A stretch of 64,000 nt of DNA, from assembly GCA_963664435.2 (NCBI GenBank), contig CAXXKM010000001.1:608001-672000 (forward strand). Reading direction: 5' to 3'. The position numbers were made by a program, and so were the translations under genes. Under the pieces are notes generated by a model that was not told the origin of the DNA, did no database searches, and was given only the letters and a program-made list of their open reading frames with translations. Positions 19,877 to 29,160 of the stretch are shown in pieces. The stretch is from Longimicrobiales bacterium. Its GTDB lineage: Bacteria > Gemmatimonadota > Gemmatimonadetes > Longimicrobiales > Gaopeijiaceae. Each line of letters opens with the position of its first letter. Positions within the stretch are counted from its first letter, which is position 1.

Positions 19877-21046
19877 TCAACGCAGCGCTCCCAGCAACTC
19901 CACGAGCAGTTCCTGTCCCGCGGCGCCCAGGCCGGCCTCGCTCTGGTTGTAGTTGCGCAGCAGGACGACGCCCAGCCCCGACTCGGGTTCGAAGAGCATG
20001 TAGGCGTTGTAGCCGGCCACCGAACCCGAGTGCCCGATCAGCCGTGCCCCGTCGTCCGTGGTACGGATCATCACACCGAGACCGTAGCCGTTGTCGGGGT
20101 CCTCGGGCGTGTGAACGCGGCTCATCTCCGCAACGCTTTCGCCGGAGAGGATCGCGGGCGAAGCACTCCCCTGCAGCGCACCCATGAAGCGGGCCAGGTC
20201 GCCGACGGTCGAGTAGACGCCTCCGTTGGGGACCTTGTAGCCGCGGCCGGCATGCTCGCGCGCCGGCTGGTCCGGATCCGGGTTTCCGTCCCCCCGGTTC
20301 ACGTAGCCGACGGTCAGTCGGGGCGCCAGTTCGGGTCCGATGACGAAGGTGGAGCTGGTCATGCCCAGCGGCTTGAAGACGTCCTCTTCCACGAACTCCA
20401 TGAAGGGCCGCCCCACGGCCCGCGCCACGGCCAGCCCGAGCGTGCCGTAGCCGATGTTGGAATAGGAGTACTCCGCCCCCGGCGCGTTCTGGAATCGGGT
20501 CAGCGGAATGGAGGCGACGACACGCTCCTCCCAGATTCCGATGGGCCCGGAGGCGGCGATGTCCCAGTCGGGCTCGCGCACCAGCCCGGAGGTGTGGCTG
20601 GCGAACTGGCGCACGGTCGGCGCGGGAGCGCCCGCCATCGCCCCGGGGAAGTGGGCGGTCGCCGGAAAGACCTCGCTCAGCGGCTGGTCGAGGTCGATGT
20701 AGCCCCGCTCAACCGCCCGCATCATCACCACCGCGGTGACCGTCTTGGAGATGGAGCCCACCCGGTAGATGGAACCTACCCCGGCCGGGATGCGGCGGTC
20801 GCGGTCGGCCCATCCGAAGGCCCGGGCCCATACGACGTCGCTGCCCCGCGCAACGGCTGCGCTGACCCCGCCGACATCGTCGGCCGCCACCTGTGCCTCC
20901 AACTTCTGCTCGAAACGCGAGATGGCGGCCTGCCAGGCGTCGGCGTCGACGCCCTGGGCAAGGGCCGGGCGCGCACCGATAAATGGTGCGAGCACCGCCA
21001 CGATGGCATAAACCCTTGCCAAGGCGCACCCGCGCCGGACAGCCAT
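19877..21046 (-). CDS. Secreted serine hydrolase, class C beta-lactamase family
   Basis: SISK (SxxK), HTSG, YSYSN, GHSG; signal peptide. Start uncertain (21046-21097). Confidence 0.88.
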   Translation of the reverse strand: MAVRRGCALARVYAIVAVLAPFIGARPALAQGVDADAWQAAISRFEQKLEAQVAADDVGGVSAAVARGSDVVWARAFGWADRDRRIPAGVGSIYRVGSISKTVTAVVMMRAVERGYIDLDQPLSEVFPATAHFPGAMAGAPAPTVRQFASHTSGLVREPDWDIAASGPIGIWEERVVASIPLTRFQNAPGAEYSYSNIGYGTLGLAVARAVGRPFMEFVEEDVFKPLGMTSSTFVIGPELAPRLTVGYVNRGDGNPDPDQPAREHAGRGYKVPNGGVYSTVGDLARFMGALQGSASPAILSGESVAEMSRVHTPEDPDNGYGLGVMIRTTDDGARLIGHSGSVAGYNAYMLFEPESGLGVVLLRNYNQSEAGLGAAGQELLVELLGALR

Positions 21047-21065
21047 CACAGCCCGCTCCCGCACC

Positions 21066-22400
21066 TCAGTTCCCCATCTCATCCGCGATCTCCTCAAGCC
21101 TTCTCCGGATTTCCTCTTCGGGCAGCCAGCGGCCCCGGAACATGACGCCCGCGCGGTCGGCCACGTTGGCCACGTCGGACAGCGGGTTCGCGTTCAGCAG
21201 CAGGAGATCCGCGCGCCGCCCCACCGCCACCGTGCCGAACGCATCTCTCCCCTGGAAGTACTCACCCACGTTGCGGGTCCCGCTGACCAGGATCTCCCAG
21301 GCGGACATCCCCGCGTCGGCCATCGCCTTCAACTCGCGATGGATCGAAAAGCCCGGCACGCTGAAGATCTGGGGCGAATCGGTCCCCAGGAGAATGCCGG
21401 CGCCTCCGTCCGACAGCGCCTTCAGAACCCGGTTGCGGTTTGCCGCCCACTGCGCCGCCCGCTCCGGGCTGGTCCGGGACGCCGCCGCCCTCTGCCGGTT
21501 CCCCCAGCCCCACACCTGACCGGAGGGCCAGTAGCGCATCTCCGGGTAGCCCGCCAACTCGTCCGCGTCGCCCCGGCCGATGATGCCGACCTCCCAGAGA
21601 ACCATGGTGGGGACGACCCAGGCGCCCGCGTCGCGCGTCAGCTGCACGATGTACTGGAGCCGGTCCTCGTCCACCTCGCCCTCGAAGGCGTCCAGGTACT
21701 CGATGTAGCCGTCGAGGTGGTCGAAGGTCTCCTGGCCCATGAGGATGGCGTGCTCGAGCCCCACGTCGGCCGGCACATGCCCGGCGAAACGGATCCCCAC
21801 TTCCTGGGCAGTGACGGCCATGGCGTTGTATTCGTCGAGCGTGGGTCCCGGATGGATCTTCAGCAGATCCCATCCTTCGCGCTTCTGGCGACGCACCTGT
21901 TCCTCCGCCTCCCGGGGCGAATTCACGCTTCCGTCGTTGAAGCTCGGGCCCGCCATGTAGAGCGTCGGCGCGATGATCTCCCCGGCGTTGGCCCTGGCGC
22001 GCAACGCAAGATGGCCGTCCTGCCCGAGCATCCCGCGCACGGTGGTGACGCCGTTGGCCACGTAGAGGAACATCACCGTTTCCTCGATGTTGCCGCCGGG
22101 CATGTGTCCGTGCATCTCGGCGAGACCGGGCATGAGGTACTTGCCGCCGGCATCGATGACCAGGGCGCCGGCGGGCGGATCGACAGATGCCGACGGACCC
22201 ATGTCCACGATGCGCCCGCTGGAGACCACGACCGTGTAATCGGCGAGCACGCCTTCGCGGTCCATGGGCACGACGTTCGCGTTGACGAATGCGGTGGTGC
22301 GCTGTGGCGGCATCTGGGCATGCATGTCCTGCGCAAGAGCCAGACCGGCGATGGCCAGCCACGACGCGGCGAGAATCGTTCGGGGGGCAGTAGCGTGCAT
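21066..22400 (-). CDS. Secreted amidohydrolase
   Basis: ATG 22400 with GGAGG RBS; PGLAEMHGH, LLKIH, AGHV, DHLDG, GTDSP. Confidence 0.9.
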   Translation of the reverse strand: MHATAPRTILAASWLAIAGLALAQDMHAQMPPQRTTAFVNANVVPMDREGVLADYTVVVSSGRIVDMGPSASVDPPAGALVIDAGGKYLMPGLAEMHGHMPGGNIEETVMFLYVANGVTTVRGMLGQDGHLALRARANAGEIIAPTLYMAGPSFNDGSVNSPREAEEQVRRQKREGWDLLKIHPGPTLDEYNAMAVTAQEVGIRFAGHVPADVGLEHAILMGQETFDHLDGYIEYLDAFEGEVDEDRLQYIVQLTRDAGAWVVPTMVLWEVGIIGRGDADELAGYPEMRYWPSGQVWGWGNRQRAAASRTSPERAAQWAANRNRVLKALSDGGAGILLGTDSPQIFSVPGFSIHRELKAMADAGMSAWEILVSGTRNVGEYFQGRDAFGTVAVGRRADLLLLNANPLSDVANVADRAGVMFRGRWLPEEEIRRRLEEIADEMGN

Positions 22401-22736
22401 GTCGAAACCTCCTCTCTCGATCGGGGGATGCGTCACATCGAGGGATGCAGCGCACACCAGGGCGTTGCGCCGCCAGAGGTGCGCTCCGTCAATAAGGCTG
22501 CCCGCTGAACGTGTGTCAATCGGAAGCCGGCCGGGGTCGAGGTCGCCGGGCCCGGCGCACGCGCGAGGTTTGCGCCCCGGACTGTCCAGCCTGCATGGTT
22601 CCCTGTCCACATCGCCCGGGCCCCGTTGGCTCGACGAACGAGGGCGTGGCCTCGAGCCATGCCTGCAGCCACCGGCGAAACCGGTCCGCGACAGCCGCCC
22701 GGCCCCATCCCCGAACACCCCGACATCCAGGCGCCC

Positions 22737-23627
22737 GTGAACGTCCATCTCATTGACGGCACCTACGAGCTGTTCCGCCACTTCTATGCGGTCCCTTCGC
22801 GCACCGACCAGGCGGGCCGCGAGGTGGGCGCGCTCCTGGGAGTGCTGCACTCGCTGCTGGGCATGCTGGAGGCGGGAGCAACGCACCTGGGGGTGGCCAC
22901 CGATCACGTCATCGAGTCCTTCCGAAACGATCTGTGGCCGGGCTACAAGAGCTCGGCGGGCATCGATCCGGCGCTATGGGCGCAGTTTCATCCCCTGGAG
23001 GGCGCCCTGGCGGCGATGGGGATCGCAGTGTGGCCGATGGTCGAGCTGGAAGCCGATGACGGGCTGGCCGCGGCGGCCCGGGTGGCGAGCGCGGACCCGG
23101 CGGTGGAGCGCGTCTTCATCTGTACGCCCGACAAGGACCTCAGCCAGTGCGTCTCGGGGACGCGGATCGTCCAGTTCGACCGGCGCCAGCGCATGCTGCG
23201 CGACGAGGATGGCGTGGTGGACAAGTTCGGAGTGGGGCCGGCCTCCATCCCCGACTACCTGGCGCTGGTGGGCGACAGCGCGGACGGGTTTCCGGGCATC
23301 CCCGGCTGGGGCGCCAAGTCGACCTCCACGGTGCTCGCGCACTACGGGCATCTGGAGGCAATCCCGCTCCGCAGCCTGCCCTGGGGCGTTGCCGTACGAG
23401 GCGCGGCGAGGCTGCAGGAGAATCTTCGCACCGGGTGGCGGGACGCGCTGCTGTTCCGGGATCTGGCCACGCTCCGGGATGACGCCTCGCTGTTCGAGGA
23501 CCTCGAGGAACTCCGCTGGACCGGAGCGACGCCCGGCTTCGAGCGCGTTGCCGGGTCCCTGGGAGATGCCCGGCTCGCGGATCGGGTCGAGCGCATTGCG
23601 GCGGAGCGGGGCGCTGGGCCCATGTAG
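22737..23627 (+). CDS. Stand-alone 5'-3' exonuclease / flap endonuclease
   Basis: GTG start; HLIDG, FRN..YK, EADD, TPDKD, LVGDSADGFPGIPGWGAK (H3TH motif). Confidence 0.92.
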   Translation: MNVHLIDGTYELFRHFYAVPSRTDQAGREVGALLGVLHSLLGMLEAGATHLGVATDHVIESFRNDLWPGYKSSAGIDPALWAQFHPLEGALAAMGIAVWPMVELEADDGLAAAARVASADPAVERVFICTPDKDLSQCVSGTRIVQFDRRQRMLRDEDGVVDKFGVGPASIPDYLALVGDSADGFPGIPGWGAKSTSTVLAHYGHLEAIPLRSLPWGVAVRGAARLQENLRTGWRDALLFRDLATLRDDASLFEDLEELRWTGATPGFERVAGSLGDARLADRVERIAAERGAGPM

Positions 23628-23789
23628 GAACCGGAACCATCATCGGCAAACAGGGGTCCGCGGGGCCCAATACCGCATGCCGGCCGAACACATGCATACA
23701 TGGGACGATCCGCTCCCGCGGGGAAGCGGAGTCCGGCCCGTCGCTTTAGATTAACACGGCTGACACGGATTTCTTCCAAAGGGGCTCAC

Positions 23790-26700
23790 ATGAAGAACAT
23801 CATCACCCTCTTGCTCGCCCTCCCGATTCTCGCGGTGGCGCTGCCGCCGGCGGCCCAGGCGCAGTCCAACGGGGCCGGGGCCGGGGCAACCGTTTCCACG
23901 ACCCTCTTCGACGGGATGCGTTACCGCACCGTCGGGCCCTCCCGCGGTGGACGCGTCACAACCGTCGCGGGACATCCCAGCCACCCCGCGACCTTCTACA
24001 TGGGGGCGGTCGGCGGGGGCATCTGGAAGACGGAGGACTACGGGCAGACCTGGCGGCCCATCTCGGACGGCTATCTGGCCACCGGCTCGATGGGTGCGAT
24101 CCGGGTTGCGCCCTCGGACCCGAACATCATCTACGCCGGGACCGGCTCCGACGGCATCCGCAGCAACGTGATCACCGGAAAGGGCATCTACCGGTCCGAC
24201 GACGCCGGAGACAGCTGGCGCTTCATCGGCCTGCCCGACGCGGGCCAGATCGGCGCCGTCGAGGTGCATCCCGACGATCCCGATCTGGTCTTCGTTGCGG
24301 CGATGGGCAACACCTTCAAACCCAACCCCGAGCGCGGCGTCTACCGGAGCCGCGACGGGGGCACGAGCTGGGAACAGGTTCTCTTCGTCTCCGACTCGAC
24401 GGGCGCCGTGGACCTCGAGCTCGCGCCCGACAACCCGGACGAGATCTACGCCGGCATGTACCGCGGCGAGCGGAAGCCCTGGACCATCATCAGCGGGGCG
24501 TACGAGGGCGGGATCTACAAATCCTCGGACGGCGGCGACAGCTGGACCCGGCTGGAGCAGGGCCTGCCGGGCGGGCTCTTCGGCAAGAGCGATCTGGCGG
24601 TCTCCCCCGCGGATCCCGACCGGGTATACGCGCTCATCGAGGCGCCCGAGCCGGAGGACGGCCTGTATCGCTCCGACGACCGCGGCGCCACCTGGCGTCA
24701 GGTGTCGAGCTACAACCCGATCCTCAACCGGCCCTTCTATTACACCGGGGTGGACGCCGACCCGACCAACGCGGACATCGTCTACGTCAACAACGAGGGC
24801 TTCTACAAGTCGACCAACGGCGGCGCGGACTGGGAGCGGCGCCCGACGCCGCACGGCGACAACCACGACATGTGGATCAACCCGGACGACCCCGACCTGT
24901 TCGTCCAGTCCAACGACGGCGGGGCCAACGTCACCCGCGACGGCGGCCTGACCTGGTCCACCCAGAACAACCAGCCCACGGCCGAACTCTACCAGGTCGA
25001 CATCGACGACCGCTTCCCCTACTGGCTGTACGCCGGCCAGCAGGACAACTCCACCATCGCGGTGCCCAGCCGGCGACCCTACGGGATGCCCGCCGGCCAC
25101 ACGGCCCACTGGCGCGCGGTCGGCGGGTGCGAGACCGGGCCGGTGGTGCCGAAGCCGGGCAATCCGGACATCGTCTACGCCAACTGCAAGGGCCGCTTCG
25201 GCCGCTACAGCTGGAGCACCGACCAGGAGAAGCAGTACTACGTGGGCGCCTGGGACCTGTACGGCCGCAACCCGGCCGACCTGCCCTACCGCTTTCAGCG
25301 GGTGGCGCCCATCCACGTGTCGCCCAACGACCCCGACGTCGTCTACCACACCTCGCAGTACGTGCACCGCACCACCGACGAGGGCATGACCTGGGAGACC
25401 ATCTCCCCCGATCTCACCGCCTTCGAGCCCGAGACCCAGATGGCCTCCGGGGCGCCCATCACCCGTGACATCACCGGGGAAGAGCACTACAGCGTCCTCT
25501 ACGACATTCAGGAATCGCCCCACGACCCCGACGTCATCTGGACGGGCGCCAACGACGGCCCCGTCCACGTCACCCGCGACGGGGGCGAGAACTGGGAGGA
25601 CGTGACCCCCGACATGCCGGGACGAGGCCGGGTGCAGAACGTCGAGGTGTCGCCGCACGACCCCGCCAAGGCCTACGCCACCATCCTGCGCTACCAGCTG
25701 GGCGACTTTGAGCCGTATGCATACCGGACGGAGGACTACGGCCAGTCCTGGACCCGCATCACCACCGGCGACAACGGCATCCCGGACGACCATCCGGTGC
25801 GCGTGGTGCGCGAGGACCCGGGCCGCGAGGGACTGCTCTACGCCGGCACCGAGTTCGGGATGTTCATCTCCTTCGACGACGGCGGCAGCTGGCAGTCGTT
25901 CAAGCTGAACATGCCCACCACGCCCATCACCGACATGAAGGTGCATCTGGGCGATCTGGTTCTGTCCACGATGGGACGCGGATTCTGGATCCTCGACAAC
26001 CTGGGCCCCCTCCACGAGCTGAGCGCGGAGGTCGCCGCCGCGGACGCACATCTCTTTGAGCCGCGCCCCGCGTACCGCGCCTTCAGCTCCGGCTTCGGCG
26101 GGGGCTTCGACCCGGCCGCGCCCGAGTATCCGCGCCCCGGCGTGACGATCGACTACTACCTGGCGAACGACGCGGACGAGGTCACGCTCGACATCCTGGA
26201 CGCCGAGGGCAATCTCGTGCGCGCCTTCTCGAGCGACGCCATGGGCGAGCAGATGGTGCCCCCGGCCGAACCGGGCATGCGCGCGCCCACGCTGGAGCGC
26301 GTCGGCACCCCCCGGATGCCGAACTCCGCCGGCATGCACCGCTTCACCTGGGACTTCCGCTACCCGGGTCCCTGGGACGCCAGTCCCGCGCGCGCCGGAC
26401 GCGGCGGACCGGTGGCGGTGCCGGGCGCCTACCAGGTGCGCCTGAACGTGGGCAGCTGGAGCGCGACCGCGGGCGCCGAGGTGCTCATGGATCCGCGCGT
26501 GGCGGCCGACGGGGTCACCATGGAGCACCTGCGCGAGCAGTTCGCGCTGGCCATGCAGGTGCGCGACGCCCTCAGCCAGGCGCGCATGGCCGCGGCGAAG
26601 ATCGCCGAGGTCACCCCCGGCCTCGAGGACCGCGACGAGATGCAGGACGCCCTCGAGCAGCTGCAGGAGATCGAGAGCGCCCTGGTCAACGAGAGCGACG

Positions 26701-26888
26701 ACGGGATCCGCTATCCCGAGCGCATGCTGCTGAGCCAGATGAACTACCTCTACTCGATGCTCAACCGCGCCGACCAGATGCCGGGACGAGACGCGCAGGT
26801 CCGCTACGAGGAACTGCAGGCGGAGCTGGAAGTGCACATCCGCAACCTGGAACGCCTGCTGAGAGCCACGATCACCGCGGCCAACTGA
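23790..26888 (+). CDS. Secreted VPS10/BNR-repeat glycosyl hydrolase-like protein
   Basis: Signal peptide; GPSRGGR; many SxDxGxxW Asp-boxes; HGDNH, QDN, GTEFG. Confidence 0.88.
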   Translation: MKNIITLLLALPILAVALPPAAQAQSNGAGAGATVSTTLFDGMRYRTVGPSRGGRVTTVAGHPSHPATFYMGAVGGGIWKTEDYGQTWRPISDGYLATGSMGAIRVAPSDPNIIYAGTGSDGIRSNVITGKGIYRSDDAGDSWRFIGLPDAGQIGAVEVHPDDPDLVFVAAMGNTFKPNPERGVYRSRDGGTSWEQVLFVSDSTGAVDLELAPDNPDEIYAGMYRGERKPWTIISGAYEGGIYKSSDGGDSWTRLEQGLPGGLFGKSDLAVSPADPDRVYALIEAPEPEDGLYRSDDRGATWRQVSSYNPILNRPFYYTGVDADPTNADIVYVNNEGFYKSTNGGADWERRPTPHGDNHDMWINPDDPDLFVQSNDGGANVTRDGGLTWSTQNNQPTAELYQVDIDDRFPYWLYAGQQDNSTIAVPSRRPYGMPAGHTAHWRAVGGCETGPVVPKPGNPDIVYANCKGRFGRYSWSTDQEKQYYVGAWDLYGRNPADLPYRFQRVAPIHVSPNDPDVVYHTSQYVHRTTDEGMTWETISPDLTAFEPETQMASGAPITRDITGEEHYSVLYDIQESPHDPDVIWTGANDGPVHVTRDGGENWEDVTPDMPGRGRVQNVEVSPHDPAKAYATILRYQLGDFEPYAYRTEDYGQSWTRITTGDNGIPDDHPVRVVREDPGREGLLYAGTEFGMFISFDDGGSWQSFKLNMPTTPITDMKVHLGDLVLSTMGRGFWILDNLGPLHELSAEVAAADAHLFEPRPAYRAFSSGFGGGFDPAAPEYPRPGVTIDYYLANDADEVTLDILDAEGNLVRAFSSDAMGEQMVPPAEPGMRAPTLERVGTPRMPNSAGMHRFTWDFRYPGPWDASPARAGRGGPVAVPGAYQVRLNVGSWSATAGAEVLMDPRVAADGVTMEHLREQFALAMQVRDALSQARMAAAKIAEVTPGLEDRDEMQDALEQLQEIESALVNESDDGIRYPERMLLSQMNYLYSMLNRADQMPGRDAQVRYEELQAELEVHIRNLERLLRATITAAN

Positions 26889-26915
26889 GGGCTGCCGGAG
26901 GCACGATCCGCGGAG

Positions 26916-27173
26916 GTGCGATTGAGCTTTGCCTATCACGTCACCTCCGCGGACGTGCTTCTGGTTCTGGAGGCGCACGGCGCCGCGGAGTCGGAAGAGG
27001 ATGACGCGGTCCTGGACGCGCTCTATCTCGTCAACGAACGGGAGGGGCGCATCTCCGAGGTGGCGCTGAAACATGGCAGCGCCCATGACAGCCAGCTCGC
27101 CGTCTGGCACGAGATCGAGGCCATCCTCATCGAGGAAGGCTACCTGGAGGAACCCCCGAGGCTGGGCGAGTGA
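26916..27173 (+). CDS. Small acidic hypothetical protein
   Basis: 85 aa ORF filling the gap; GTGA overlap with kynA. Confidence 0.65.
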   Translation: MRLSFAYHVTSADVLLVLEAHGAAESEEDDAVLDALYLVNEREGRISEVALKHGSAHDSQLAVWHEIEAILIEEGYLEEPPRLGE

Positions 27174-27964
27174 CCCGCAACCCCGAAGCCGTCAACTACG
27201 AGCGCTATCTCAGGCTGGATGAGCTTCTGCGGCTCCAGCGGCCGAGGGACGACGTTGAACACGACGAGATGCTGTTCATCGTCATCCACCAGGTCTACGA
27301 GCTGTGGTTCAAGGTGCTCCTCCACGAGATTGACTACTGCTGTCGCCTGCTCGCAGACGGAGACGCACCCCGGGCCCAGCATACGCTCAAGCGCATCCTC
27401 ACCATCCTGAAGGTGCTGGTGGCGCAGCTCGACATCCTCGAGACCATGAGCCCGGTCGAGTTCCTGACCTTCCGCGACCGCCTCGACACCGCCAGCGGCT
27501 TCCAGTCCGACCAGTTCCGGGCCCTCGAGTTCTGTCTGGGCCGGAAGCACCGCGCCGCCATGAGGCGCTTCGAACCCGGGAGCCGCGCGCGGCTGGATCT
27601 CGAGCGCCGCTGGAGCGCGCCGACGCTCTGGGACTGCTTCCTCCGCTATCTCGCGGGGGAGGGATACGACATTCCGCGCACAAGCCTGGAGCGGGACGTG
27701 ACGCGGCCGGTGGCGACGGACGAGGCCATGCAGGAGGTCCTGGTCCGCATCTATCGCGGGGACGCCCGCAACGCCCAGCTGTGCGAGCGGCTGGTGGACC
27801 TGGACGAGGGGCTTCAGGAATGGCGCTACCGCCACATGAAGATGGTGCAGCGGACCATCGGCCATAAGCCGGGGACCGGCGGATCCGCGGGATCCCGCTA
27901 CCTGGCCACGACGCTCGACAAGCCGGTGTTTCCGGACCTGTGGGAGATCCGGGCCCGCCTGTAA
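27170..27964 (+). CDS. kynA: Tryptophan 2,3-dioxygenase
   Basis: YERYLRLDELL, HDEMLFIVIHQVYELWFK, SGFQS, WRYRH, GTGGS. Confidence 0.93.
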   Translation: MTRNPEAVNYERYLRLDELLRLQRPRDDVEHDEMLFIVIHQVYELWFKVLLHEIDYCCRLLADGDAPRAQHTLKRILTILKVLVAQLDILETMSPVEFLTFRDRLDTASGFQSDQFRALEFCLGRKHRAAMRRFEPGSRARLDLERRWSAPTLWDCFLRYLAGEGYDIPRTSLERDVTRPVATDEAMQEVLVRIYRGDARNAQLCERLVDLDEGLQEWRYRHMKMVQRTIGHKPGTGGSAGSRYLATTLDKPVFPDLWEIRARL

Positions 27965-27973
27965 GCTGCTGAT

Positions 27974-29128
27974 TCAGGGCTCGAGCGCGTCAACGCCCGC
28001 GGCTGATGGCGGCGTCCTGTCGGAACCCGCGCAGACCCTCGGCGCCGTGTAGTCCAGCCCCAGCAGGCGGAAGTAGTTCCGGCCGAGCGCGATGTTGCGG
28101 AAGGCGGTGTCGTCGAGGTAGCGCAGGATCCGGCCGGTGACTTCCAGCTCGGCGCGGTAGACCTCGAGGTTCTTGTCCCTGGAGGCCAGAAAGTCGGTCC
28201 CCGGAAGAATGCGCTCCGAGTACTCGTTCAGGAACGGAACGTACGCTGCCCTGGCCTCCGGATCCGAGAAATAGGCGTCGTCCAGGACGCGCCAGGAGAT
28301 ATCGAGCATCAGCCGGGGATGGCGGTCCAGCATCGACTTCATGATCGCGATGTGCTCGGCCGGGGTCATCTCCGTCAGTTCCCGGGAGAGACCCATGTGC
28401 ACCCACACGATGTCGTTGTCGGGATACAGGCGCAGCACCTCCTCCATCAGCGGAAGATAGAGGGTCGGATCCTCGTCGTTGCCCAGATCGGAGTGGATCG
28501 CAAGCGGCATGTTCCGATCCCGGAGCGCTTCCATGAACGGCGCCCACTCGTCCAGCACCTCCCGCGGAACCGGCCTCCGGCCGTTGGCGAACACGGCCTG
28601 CTTCACCAGGTTGACTTCGCCCATCCACGAGAAGACGCCGGGGTATTCTTCCTCCAGGCGCCGCATTTCAGGGAGGATGGTGGCGGGGCGCGCGAGATCC
28701 GGGAAAGTCATCGAGAGCGTCAGATGGACGCGGGGGGATGGCCTCGCCAGATACCCGGCAGCGTTGGCGACATCGTTCCTGGGCGACGGCGTCAAGGGAG
28801 TGCCGGGACAGTCCAGGTAGTAGGTGCAGGACGAGAAGTCCGGGAGGGTCTGGCCGATCCCGTAGACGTTCGCGAACAGCACGCCCGTCTCCTCCAGGTA
28901 CTCCACGATTTCCTCGAACGGGATTGCCTGGCCTCCGAAGGGACGAAAGTGGAGGTGGGCATCGACGACCGCGGTCTGGGACTCGACGGAGCGATCGTAG
29001 CACCGGGCGTCCCTGGCCCGGTACAACTCCAGCGCCGAAGACGAGACGCAGCCCGTGACGGCCAGCAGGGCGCCGAACAGAAAAACGGCCCCGGAAGGTT
29101 GCCAGGCGACCTTCCGGGGCCGTTTGAT
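27974..29128 (-). CDS. Amidohydrolase_2-like protein, probable lipoprotein
   Basis: VDAHLH, GEVN, IHSD, WVHMG, GTDF. The frame is open upstream of TTG 29026 and encodes IKRPRK...FLFGALLAVTGC. Start uncertain. Confidence 0.75.
   Translation of the reverse strand: MKRPRKVAWQPSGAVFLFGALLAVTGCVSSSALELYRARDARCYDRSVESQTAVVDAHLHFRPFGGQAIPFEEIVEYLEETGVLFANVYGIGQTLPDFSSCTYYLDCPGTPLTPSPRNDVANAAGYLARPSPRVHLTLSMTFPDLARPATILPEMRRLEEEYPGVFSWMGEVNLVKQAVFANGRRPVPREVLDEWAPFMEALRDRNMPLAIHSDLGNDEDPTLYLPLMEEVLRLYPDNDIVWVHMGLSRELTEMTPAEHIAIMKSMLDRHPRLMLDISWRVLDDAYFSDPEARAAYVPFLNEYSERILPGTDFLASRDKNLEVYRAELEVTGRILRYLDDTAFRNIALGRNYFRLLGLDYTAPRVCAGSDRTPPSAAGVDALEP
29078..29125 (-). terminator. Rho-independent terminator after the TonB receptor gene
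   Basis: Perfect 17-bp inverted repeat AAACGGCCCCGGAAGGT (29083-29099) / ACCTTCCGGGGCCGTTT (29109-29125), with a T-rich tail on the minus strand. Confidence 0.8.
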
Positions 29129-29160
29129 GCTACTGCCGCCCGTGGCGGATCAGCTCCGCG

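Noticed and set aside
19877..21046. Antibiotic-resistance beta-lactamase
   Set aside because: GHSG rather than KTG and the gene context fit a generic esterase/peptidase of the family.
23628..23789. Possible riboswitch upstream of the BNR gene
   Set aside because: Short hairpins only; no match to an aptamer consensus I can recognise.
23751..27110. Very long antisense or alternative-frame ORFs (1119 aa here; also 15-1736, 30433-32313, 54226-56451, 56292-58274)
   Set aside because: Shadow ORFs expected in high-GC DNA opposite clear genes; no recognisable motifs.
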